Source: Ferruginibacter sp. (lineage in GTDB: Bacteria > Bacteroidota > Bacteroidia > Chitinophagales > Chitinophagaceae). Taken from it: a DNA stretch of 64,000 nucleotides. The stretch lies in NCBI GenBank assembly GCA_031429575.1, contig JANOZW010000254.1, forward strand, positions 9,640 to 73,639. The letters are read 5' to 3'. Under the pieces are notes generated by a model. The model saw only the letters and a list, made by a program, of their open reading frames with translations. It had not been told where the DNA came from and did no database searches. Position numbers and translations under genes: made by a program. Positions 1-9,300 of this stretch are shown piece after piece; within the stretch, counting starts at the first letter, position 1; every line of letters begins with the position of its first letter.

Positions 1-897
1 GGCATTAGAACCTGTAAGGCTCATCATGCTTTCAAATTGTATATGGCGACTAAGCTCAGGCTTATCGCCTACTACTTTTTTATTTTCTGCGTATTGCTTG
101 CTAAATTCTGTTGGAGTTAGCCAAGTGCCTAAAAAATCAGCGCCAAGACTTACAATTGTTTTTGCTTTATCAAAACGATATTGCGGTAATGCTCTTTTAC
201 CATAAGCCGCTTCGTTTGCTTGCAACATACCGCTGTAACTTACTGCATCGTATTGTACGTGGCGGCTACCAGGGTATTTTGCTAAAAACTCCGTTATTAT
301 TTGTAAGGTAGAAGGAGAATGAATGGTAGAAGTAAGTAGTACCAATCCTTTTCCTGCTAAACCCGTAATAGCATCTCCAATTAGTTTGTCAAAATTTTCA
401 AAGCTAGTAACTTCTTTAAAACCGTTTGCTGCTTTTTGTTGTGGATGGCGAAGACGGATAGGATCGTATAAATCCAACACAGACGCTTGAGACTGTGCAC
501 TTGTACCACCTTTTGTTAGCGGCGATAATTCGTTTCCTTCTATTTTAATTGGACGACCATCTCTTTGCTTTACTACAACACTAATTGCGTCACCGGCATT
601 TACATAAGTAGATGCATAATAATTAGCCACTCCCATTACCACATTATCTGGTCTTTGTAAGTATGGTACGGCTTTGCGTACAGGCATTTCGCAACCTGCA
701 GCTATGGCAGCAGCAGCGGTACTAAAACCTAGGTATTTAAGAAAATCTCTTCTTGGCGTTTTTGCATCAAGCAAACCCTTGCTATCAAGCTCTTCAATAG
801 GAAGTAATTCTTCTTGAAACTCTTTTTCAGTAGATTGTTTAAATCTATCTGACTGTGTTAGGTCTCCGAAATTTTGCCAATATTGTTTATTACTCAT
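1..897 (-). CDS. actB: Alternative complex III subunit ActB (TAT-variant molybdopterin oxidoreductase-like), 5' part; runs off the window start
   Basis: Not in the ORF track. Manual translation from ATG at 897: MSNKQYWQNFGDL...KTPRRDFLKYLGFSTAAAAIAAGCEMPVRKAVPYL...DGRPIKIEGN...ASVLDLYDP; lies directly downstream of actA. Confidence 0.9.
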   Translation of the reverse strand, partial: MSNKQYWQNFGDLTQSDRFKQSTEKEFQEELLPIEELDSKGLLDAKTPRRDFLKYLGFSTAAAAIAAGCEMPVRKAVPYLQRPDNVVMGVANYYASTYVNAGDAISVVVKQRDGRPIKIEGNELSPLTKGGTSAQSQASVLDLYDPIRLRHPQQKAANGFKEVTSFENFDKLIGDAITGLAGKGLVLLTSTIHSPSTLQIITEFLAKYPGSRHVQYDAVSYSGMLQANEAAYGKRALPQYRFDKAKTIVSLGADFLGTWLTPTEFSKQYAENKKVVGDKPELSRHIQFESMMSLTGSNA

Positions 898-906
898 ACT
901 TTTTTG

Positions 907-1033
907 AAATGTGCAAATGTGCAAATATGCAAATGTGCTAATTCTTTAAAATCAAACCTTATTTTTTATTTAAAACTTCGCCATTCTAGGGCTCTTTATT
1001 TGCAAATTTGCATATCGGCACATTTGCAAATTC
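907..1033. repeat. Two inverted arrays of an 8-mer (AAATGTGC-like x4 at 907-938; GCACATTT-like x4 at 1002-1033) around a 63-bp spacer
   Basis: Read directly: AAATGTGC AAATGTGC AAATATGC AAATGTGC ... GCAAATTT GCATATCG GCACATTT GCAAATT. Confidence 0.85.
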
Positions 1034-1036
1034 TCT

Positions 1037-2302
1037 TTAGTAGTGACACTTCTGACACTCCGTACCACCAATACTTTCTACTGTTACGCTATCCATTTTA
1101 TGATCCTTAATGTCTTTATGGAATTTTTCGTAAATGCTATAAAATTTATTACCTGTACTATCTGCTTTATTGTAAAAATCAACTTTGCTTTCTCTATGGC
1201 AATTGATACACCAGCCCATGCTTAAATCAGAAAACTGATACACTTCAGGCATTTCTTGAATATTGCCATGGCAGGTTTGACAATTTTGCTTACCCACTTT
1301 TACGTGTTGGCTATGGTTAAAATATACATGGTCAGGTAGGTTGTGTATTTTTACCCAAGGAATAGCGGTTGCACCATCAGGTATGCCATCTTTATTTTTA
1401 TCAGGATTGTATTCTTTTTTCTCAGGATTCCATCCTGCGTAAGCATATAATTTTTGAATTTCAGCCGTGCCATTTACAGATGAACCATCTGCCTTTGTAA
1501 TGGCTTCTCCTTTGTATTCTTTAATGGCCATGTGGCAATTCATACATACGTTTACCGATGGTATGCTGCCACTTTTACTATCTTGCGTACCACCATGGCA
1601 GTACAAACAACTTATTTGATTTGTACCTGCATGTACCTTATGAGAATAATAAATAGGCTGCTCGGGTTGGTAATCTTTCATACGACCTGCGCTCATAGCA
1701 CCTTCTACCATTAGATATCCACCTAGGCCAAAAAGCATCAGTACACCTATCATTAAGTATGATTTATTTCTATAGAAAGGAACAGGTTCACCACGAAGTA
1801 CACCCTCTTTATCATCAGATAATTTACGAAGGTTACTATTTACTTGTAATAAAATAAAAGCTACCACAGCTAAAATAAGAGTAAGTATTCCGAAAAGTAA
1901 AGAGTTATCTGAACCAGTTTCCTTACTCTCACCCTTTGGAACTGCCGGTGGGATATATGAATCTACATAATCTAAAATCGCATCAACTTCTGATTTCTTT
2001 AAAGTTGGAAAAGCCGTCATAATCGTAGGCTTCCATTTAGCAAATAATGCCTTCGCATAAGGATCAGAGGCAATCATTCCCGCAGGATTTGCCATCCACT
2101 TATAAACATATTCTTTGTCGGGCTGTCTATCTCTTACACCTTTTAACATAGGACCTGTGTAGTCTGCATCAACTTTATGACAACTGGCACATTGCGCTTT
2201 AAACAGCGCTTCGCCTTGTGCAAAAGCACTATTGTTAGAGATAAAACCAATAAGGATAAGGCTTGCAACGAACCTAGAAATGAATTTTTTGTAACGAATC
2301 AT
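1037..2302 (-). CDS. actA: Alternative complex III multiheme cytochrome c ActA (monoheme + pentaheme)
   Basis: Six CxxCH motifs (CASCH, CLYCH, CMNCH, CQTCH, CINCH, CQKCH), QPIYYSHKVHAG and HVYFNHSQH; upstream of actB. Confidence 0.92.
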   Translation of the reverse strand: MIRYKKFISRFVASLILIGFISNNSAFAQGEALFKAQCASCHKVDADYTGPMLKGVRDRQPDKEYVYKWMANPAGMIASDPYAKALFAKWKPTIMTAFPTLKKSEVDAILDYVDSYIPPAVPKGESKETGSDNSLLFGILTLILAVVAFILLQVNSNLRKLSDDKEGVLRGEPVPFYRNKSYLMIGVLMLFGLGGYLMVEGAMSAGRMKDYQPEQPIYYSHKVHAGTNQISCLYCHGGTQDSKSGSIPSVNVCMNCHMAIKEYKGEAITKADGSSVNGTAEIQKLYAYAGWNPEKKEYNPDKNKDGIPDGATAIPWVKIHNLPDHVYFNHSQHVKVGKQNCQTCHGNIQEMPEVYQFSDLSMGWCINCHRESKVDFYNKADSTGNKFYSIYEKFHKDIKDHKMDSVTVESIGGTECQKCHY

Positions 2303-2345
2303 ACAATTAAGCCGGGTTTTTGGTAGAAAATGGCTATTCCGTTTG

Positions 2346-2353
2346 CAAAAGTA
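2346..2353 (-). promoter_or_regulatory. Bacteroidota sigma-A -7 element (TAnnTTTG) upstream of actA
   Basis: Minus strand reads TACTTTTG about 44 nt before the actA ATG; no well-spaced -33 element found. Confidence 0.5.
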
Positions 2354-2651
2354 AGACAGGATGTTGACAAACTATCAACATTTTGAATCTTTTTTTAGGA
2401 GATTGTTAACTATTTTATGCAAACGTTGGAAAGTTTAGTAGTGTAGCAATTTTCTTCCATGTAAAAATATATTAACGTAAAAAACGAAGTAGAGATTGTA
2501 TAAACTTATGCACCTACTTTCAGATAAAAACCATTAACAGCTTTGCAAATATTTCAGATAGGGACGCATAAGATTATTAATGAAATGAAAATCTAAAAAA
2601 TTATTTTATGAATGGATATGTTTTCCCAATTTTTTGATTGATTTTTGCGCC

Positions 2652-2936
2652 ATGCTAAAAAAGCTGCAAGAAAAATGGAAGGTTGGTATAGGTAGGTTAA
2701 TATTAATTATTGCCACTTTTGCGATGGGGGGCAGTTTATGTGGATATTTGGGCAGAAAACTACTTGGTTTTACTGGCATGGAAAAAGGAGTGCTTTGGGT
2801 AGTAGCGTATGTTTTATTGGTAACCATACTTTGGCCACTGTGTGTAATTGTAATTAGCATTCCGCTTGGGCAGTTTGTTTTTTTTAGAAATTATTTGAAG
2901 AAAGTATTTGCACGAATTAGTGGGAGGAAGAAGTAA
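2652..2936 (+). CDS. Small two-TM membrane protein (DUF6787-like)
   Basis: MLKKLQEKWKV...IIATFAMGGSLCG...ILWPLCVIVISIPLGQFVFF pattern; ATG 2652 preferred over the track start. Confidence 0.65.
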   Translation: MLKKLQEKWKVGIGRLILIIATFAMGGSLCGYLGRKLLGFTGMEKGVLWVVAYVLLVTILWPLCVIVISIPLGQFVFFRNYLKKVFARISGRKK

Positions 2937-2966
2937 ATTGTTTAATGGTTGCATGGCTAAATTGTT
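2935..2966 (+). repeat. Degenerate 8-mer array x4 overlapping the stop codon
   Basis: AAATTGTT TAATGGTT GCATGGCT AAATTGTT. Confidence 0.5.
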
Positions 2967-3031
2967 GTGTAGCACATTTAGAAAACGTTGATAACATATT
3001 GTTCACTAGCTATACAAAATAAATACCTAAA

Positions 3032-3625
3032 ATGAACATAGCCATATTTGCAAGCGGGGGTGGGAGTAATGCGGAGGTGATTATAAAAACGTTGCCAGCA
3101 TTATTACTAGAAAAAAAAACTTCTGACAATATTGATTTAATTGTTACCAATAATGCAAAAGCGGCTGTACTGCACATTGCAGCTGAAAATAATATTGCCT
3201 CAGAAATTATAGATGTAAAAAATAAAACGGAAGAGGAATTATCTGTTTCCTATTTAGATATTCTTACCAAACATAACATCGGTTTTATAGTGCTGGCGGG
3301 TTATCTAAAAAAAATACCTATAGATGTTATAAAAGCATTTCCACAAAAAATAATAAATATACATCCTGCGTTATTACCCGCTTATGGTGGCGCAGGCATG
3401 TATGGTATGCGTGTGCACGAGGCTGTGATAAGTGCAGGCGAAAAACAAAGTGGTATTACCATTCATTTTGTAGATGAAGTGTATGACCATGGAGAAATAA
3501 TTTTTCAAGCAAGTTGTGATTTGAAAGAAGGGGAAACCAGAGAGAGTTTATCCGCAAAAATATTAGCACTGGAACATTTACATTTTAGTAATATAATTTC
3601 GGACGCTATTGTTTCACTACTCTAA
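3032..3625 (+). CDS. purN: Phosphoribosylglycinamide formyltransferase
   Basis: IAIFASGGGSN, LAGYLK, NIHPALLP, SGITIHFVDEVYDHG motifs. Confidence 0.95.
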   Translation: MNIAIFASGGGSNAEVIIKTLPALLLEKKTSDNIDLIVTNNAKAAVLHIAAENNIASEIIDVKNKTEEELSVSYLDILTKHNIGFIVLAGYLKKIPIDVIKAFPQKIINIHPALLPAYGGAGMYGMRVHEAVISAGEKQSGITIHFVDEVYDHGEIIFQASCDLKEGETRESLSAKILALEHLHFSNIISDAIVSLL

Positions 3626-3751
3626 ATCTTGTTTCTAAATATCGCCTTCATTAAATACATAAACCTGCGCTAAGATTATAGAATGCATTTTTCTCTGGGT
3701 TCAAATAATTTTTATAAATTTTCTTTATCTAATATCAATAATAATTACCTC

Positions 3752-4912
3752 TTATTCTTTTATAAATCTAAGTAAAACATTTGTTGATTTATCTTCTTTT
3801 TGCAATATGATGAAATAGTTACCAGCAGATAATTCATTATTGATTGGTAATTTAAAGGAGTAAACACTATCAAGGGTAATCTTTTTTTGGAGATAAAACT
3901 TTCCACTTACATCCAATAAGCTAACTAGGTAGTCACCTTTAAACAATACATCTTTAGATGCAATGGTAATATTTTTCTCTTTTGTTACAGGATTTGGATA
4001 ACAATACACATTCTGGTTTTGTTTGCTGCCACAAGTGCCATCAAATAATACGATTGGTGAATATTTAAAAGTGCCATCATTGTCAATGGATTTTAATCTC
4101 ACAAATAAAGTAGGTGATTTTATCTGGTCAAAAATTGCAATAGAAGTATCATACTTATTTTTATTTTCAGCTTTTAACGAACCTATCTTGGCAAAATTAG
4201 TACCGTCTTTGCTTAGTTCTACGTCATATTTTAAAACATTTGTTTCCTCACTTACAGACCAATTAACATCAATGTGGCAATCTTTATTATAAGCCCTAAA
4301 ATTACTAATGGTAACAGGTAAAACGCTAGCAATAATGGTGTATTGAACAAAAGCATTATTATTTCCAGAATTGTCGTCGGAAAGTACAAAACTAGGATTG
4401 TTGTTAGCAACAAAAAAATTGCCCGTTACAGTTGATGTTGCAAGTGTATTAGCTTTTACATCAAAAACAAATTGCCCATTAAAATCAATTGGTAATGCTG
4501 TGTTAATTATACATCTTATTTTGGGTTGGCTACCAGTGGTGATGTACGAAAAAGTAAAATAGTTACTTAATGCTGCGTTACTTAAATAATTATTTAAAGC
4601 CGTGGCATTAGCAGTAACAGCAGGGTTAAGAACAAATTTTGTTCCAAGGCCAATATCTATGAAAGCTGTATTAGCAGGGATGGCACTAGATAAACTTAAA
4701 TTAAAAACATCTAACTTAATTTTATATATACTATTAAGAGATATAGAATTTGCATCTACAGAAACATCCGCTACATTGGTAACATCAAACGACCCTAATG
4801 CTGGGTCTGCAAAAACGGGTGTTGTCTGCGCATAGCTCGATAAAGAAGCAATAATAGGAATCAAGAGTATTAAGGTATAACGAAAAGATAGTGATACGTA
4901 ATTTTTTTTCAT
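3752..4912 (-). CDS. T9SS type A sorting domain protein with an uncharacterised N-terminal Ig-like domain
   Basis: Signal peptide ending SYA-Q, LPVTISNF linker, C-terminal YPNP...AGNYFI CTD. Confidence 0.85.
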   Translation of the reverse strand: MKKNYVSLSFRYTLILLIPIIASLSSYAQTTPVFADPALGSFDVTNVADVSVDANSISLNSIYKIKLDVFNLSLSSAIPANTAFIDIGLGTKFVLNPAVTANATALNNYLSNAALSNYFTFSYITTGSQPKIRCIINTALPIDFNGQFVFDVKANTLATSTVTGNFFVANNNPSFVLSDDNSGNNNAFVQYTIIASVLPVTISNFRAYNKDCHIDVNWSVSEETNVLKYDVELSKDGTNFAKIGSLKAENKNKYDTSIAIFDQIKSPTLFVRLKSIDNDGTFKYSPIVLFDGTCGSKQNQNVYCYPNPVTKEKNITIASKDVLFKGDYLVSLLDVSGKFYLQKKITLDSVYSFKLPINNELSAGNYFIILQKEDKSTNVLLRFIKE

Positions 4913-5050
4913 GCCAATTTTTTTATTTTCAATTTTAGTTATTTCAACGGAATTGTATTTCTTATTTTCAGATTTTTATGTAAAATAAAATTGCCTAAAC
5001 CTACATAACAAATCATTTTGTATTCTTATTAATGTACATGTTATAAAAAC

Positions 5051-5084
5051 AAATTCAGAACCACCTTTAAGTGAATCTGAATTT
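5051..5084 (-). terminator. Possible intrinsic terminator downstream of the 5110 gene
   Basis: AAATTCAGA...TCTGAATTT stem with an A-rich left flank (U-rich on the minus strand). Confidence 0.4.
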
Positions 5085-5109
5085 GCATATTATGTTTAAG
5101 TTAGCTTAA

Positions 5110-6228
5110 TTATTGTTTCAAAAACTTAAGTACAATTGGTTTTTCGTCATCTTTTATTAAAGTAACAAAATACATTCCTGCCGGTAAAAACCCAGTTTTT
5201 ACTTTAAACTGTACTTGGTTTTTCAACGTTTCTTCTGTACGCTTCAATTCATTACCTGCTGCATTGGTTAATCTTATACTATACTTACCATTAAATATAC
5301 CAGCTTTTGCCTGCAGTGCTACTTCAGTTACCTCTGCTTTAACAGGATTTGGATATATAGAAACATCAAAACCAGTGTTACATATGTTATTGTTGTAAAT
5401 TTTTTCTGAATAAAGATATTGTCCATTTTCATTTTCTGCTTTTACTCTTACAGTAACGGCAGCGTTTACCATTTTGTCCAACAAATAGCCATATGATACT
5501 CCGCCAGATGCAAGTATTGTTTTTACAGGTACAAAAGTTAAACCATCCTCAGAAGTTTCAATTACAAATTGCTTTACCTCTTTAGCATTGTCGAGTACAG
5601 TCCAATTTACATCCAACATACAAGAGCGAGCTTTTGCAGAAAATTGAGTAAATTTTATCTCAAGAGGCTTTACATTATTGTAAGTTAAAGAAGTGGAATT
5701 GTTGTTTGGGTTGTTATCTGACAAAGTGTTATTAGGATTTTTTTCGTTGCTTACAAGCAGTTGACAAACCACCGTAGAGCTACCTGCTTTATTTGGAATT
5801 AGTATAAATGATGCTTTGCCAGAAAACTTAGCAGGCAAATCTTTATATAATATCCCAAATAAAATATATTGCTTTGAATCTGGAGCTTGTTTTAGCATCC
5901 ATTTAAAGTAACTGCTCAATGGAAGATTCTGCAAACTATTTAAATCCGTTCCTAATTTAAATTTACTTCCTAATGTAAGCATTATCCTACAACTACCAGA
6001 AGGCACTATTGCATCGTTATCATTATTCAATACGGTAAATTGAATTTTTACTGGGGATCCACTCACCAACATATCTGTATTTACAAATCCATCTGTAGGA
6101 TTACTAATCGTTAGGTTTTCTATAGCAGGATCACTAGCGCTAGATTTTACATGCCTGTTATAAGATTGGCCATAAGAAGAAACTGCCATAACAAATGTTA
6201 TAAGCAAAACGAAAGCTATTTTTTTCAT
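5110..6228 (-). CDS. T9SS type A sorting domain protein, paralog of 3752-4912
   Basis: MKKIAF signal peptide (ATG 6228), PLEIKFTQF linker, IYPNPV...AGMYFV CTD. Confidence 0.85.
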   Translation of the reverse strand: MKKIAFVLLITFVMAVSSYGQSYNRHVKSSASDPAIENLTISNPTDGFVNTDMLVSGSPVKIQFTVLNNDNDAIVPSGSCRIMLTLGSKFKLGTDLNSLQNLPLSSYFKWMLKQAPDSKQYILFGILYKDLPAKFSGKASFILIPNKAGSSTVVCQLLVSNEKNPNNTLSDNNPNNNSTSLTYNNVKPLEIKFTQFSAKARSCMLDVNWTVLDNAKEVKQFVIETSEDGLTFVPVKTILASGGVSYGYLLDKMVNAAVTVRVKAENENGQYLYSEKIYNNNICNTGFDVSIYPNPVKAEVTEVALQAKAGIFNGKYSIRLTNAAGNELKRTEETLKNQVQFKVKTGFLPAGMYFVTLIKDDEKPIVLKFLKQ

Positions 6229-6312
6229 AATCTTAATTTTATATTTTTTAACCTGCATTTTTTAAAAGTAGTCTGTTATGCATTTTTTAATGCATAACAG
6301 ACTTGTTGTATT

Positions 6313-9300
6313 TTATTCACCTGTGAAAATAATAGAGTTGCTATTATTGTTTAATCTTATTTCACCAGTTGCTGGTCTAAACTGTACGTTAAGGTTGAAC
6401 TTAGAGATATTAAGCGTATTTCTCTTCAAAGTAAATACAACCCTTAATTGCTCATTACAACCAATTGTGTTATTACCGTCTGTTCCTGTTCTAGAGAATT
6501 CCACATAAGATGAATTACTAAATGTTTGTACCCATTTACTATTATCTACTGTGTAAGTAATTTGAGAAGGGAAGCCATTTACATCTGTCCAAGTGAGCAA
6601 ACTTTGATTAAATATAACTTGATAACCTGCCGGCTTAAAGATACGTATCACAGAAGCAGTTGCTGCTTTGCCATTTATTTCCGTTAAGTTATACGCTATG
6701 GTTTTTTCATCACCATTTGCTGCATATAAATTATCAGCAGTCTGGGAACCGATGGCTACATCCGTATTTTGCGCTTCAGTAATTATCAATGCTGAATTTA
6801 AAATTCTGCTACAAGAAATACTGTTAGCATCACGAATTTGTACATTGTAAGTGCCTGCATTCACACTATAGCTACCACTGTTTTGCCAGCTTGTTCCACC
6901 GTTAATACTGTATTGGTATGAACCAGAACCGCCTGTTGGATTACTAATTGTAATAGTTGCACTATTGAAATTGCCCGCACAAGCTGCATTAGTAGGAGTT
7001 ACAGTAGCATTCAATATTGCTGCTTGAGTAATCGTCACTGATACACTTGATGTACAGCCATTAGCATCGGTTACGGTGTAACTGTATGCGCCTGCACTTA
7101 CCGTAAACGCTCCTGTTCCTGTATATGGTGCTGTTCCGCCTGTTGCTGATACGGTTACGGTGGTGGTTCCTCCAAAACAATTTATTGTTCCTGCTACTGC
7201 AGTGGCTACTAATTGGGTTGGTTGGCTTACCGTTCCTGTTACGGTTGACGTACATCCGTTTGCATCGGTTACGGTGTAACTATATGCTCCTGCACTTACT
7301 GTAAACGCTCCTGTTCCTGTATATGGTGATGTGCCGCCTGTTGCTGATACCGTTACTGTTGTTGTTCCACCAAAACATCCGATAGTTCCTGCTACTGCTG
7401 TTGCTACTAATTGGGTTGGTTGTGTTACTGTGTAATTCAATATTACAAATTGCCCAACGAAATCTTCTACTCTAATGCTGTATGCACCAGCAATTAAACT
7501 GCTGAAAGTTGAACTTGTCTGCCAAGTAACGCCATTATCTTTACTATATCTGTATGGTGTAGTACCACCAGAAGCCAATACGGTGATACTTCCATTATTG
7601 CCTCCATAACAACTTACATTAGTTGTAGTTTGCAAAATAGCCGTGAAATTGCTTAATATGGTATATTGAAGTTCTGAATGATTATTAGTTAAATCTATAT
7701 CTACTAAAGTTTCAGTAGCATTATTATGATTTGTAACAAGAATATCGCTACTTACTAGAGAAGTACCCGCTATTACTCCTTTAACATCAAAGTTAGCCAC
7801 AGCATTGTAATCTATTGGTAGAACTGCTATCTGATCTCCAATAAGTATTTGATGGCCTGCTACTGTAGAGAATGTCCAAGAAAATTCTATTGGAAGTACC
7901 GTCGCTAAAGCACTAGGATTGTTAAGAATTAGTTTATCACCTAGGTCAATTTTAACCTTAATAGTTCCACTTGGTACTGCATGCTCCAAACTAAAGTTTA
8001 AGATTGGAACATTAAGGGTATTAACTGCTAGGTAAGGTATTAAGTTTGCATTAATCAATGTGTTTGTTGCATCTGTAATATTTATAGCTACCAATGCTGG
8101 ATCTGATTCCACCACTGTTATTATTGTAAAACTTGCTGCAATGGTATGCGCCACTGTTACATTAGTAAATGTATAAGTATTAGCTGTACCTACTGATAAA
8201 CCATCTACCAAAACATTGGTTATTGCATATCCAGTATTAGGAGTAATATTGAAAGTTTGATTTGCTCCGAATGCAACAATTACAGATCCGCTTGGCGAAA
8301 TTGACCCGCCTGTTCCAGCCGATGCTGTGATAGTTTGACTACTTACAACAAAGCTTGCTGTAATGGTATGATTTGCAATTACAGATGTAAATGTGTAAGT
8401 AACAACTGCACCTACCGATACTCCATCTACTAAAACATCAGCTACATTGTATCCTGAATTTGGTGTAATGGTATAGGTTTGATTTCCTGTTCCAAGGCAA
8501 CTGAGCGTAGTTACACCAGATGGTGAAATACTTCCGTTTAAACCTGCAGAAGCAGTAATGCTATAATTAGCATTGATAACAAAATTTACTGCTGTGCGGC
8601 AAATTGATGCATTAGAACATGCTGCATAGAAAGTAGTAGTACCTGCTGTATTTGTATTAGCTAAGCCCGAACCAGCAACACCTACGGGATTAAAAGGAGA
8701 GCCAGTTCCAATAGCTGTACCACCAGATGCACTAGTGTACCATTCAATATTTCCCGCAGCTTGAAGCATTAATTGCCCTCCTACAGGAGGGGTTATTGCC
8801 CAAGAGTAAGCTGCAGTTGAATTGCCAGTAGTTGTTGAGTATGTTGTTGAATATAATGTATATGTTGTTCCTGCTGTTAAAGTCATCAATAACTGCGGAT
8901 CGTTTCCTGGACCAGTGTCATCATCTCCTTTAATCCATGTTCCACCGCCACTACAGTTGCCTGGCACAAATGCTCCTGTTGTAATATATGCCATACCATC
9001 ATCAGTTGATGTCATGTCAAATGCATAACTACCTGTAACACTTACCCTGAATTGTTGTGCTTGATAACCTCTTTGTACAGCGGCATCAAAAGAACATGTG
9101 GAAGTATTAATAATAGATGCTGTTGGACGCAATGCTTTTAGATCAGTAGCCGTGAAAGTTCCATTTAAAGTAGTTCCTGCATTTGCAAAACCTGCACAGC
9201 TTTTTGCAGCAACCGCAGCTATTGTTCCAATTTCATTTGCACAAATATTAGCGGCTGTACCAGTAATAATAGGATCTGTTTGAATCACTACTGCTACACT

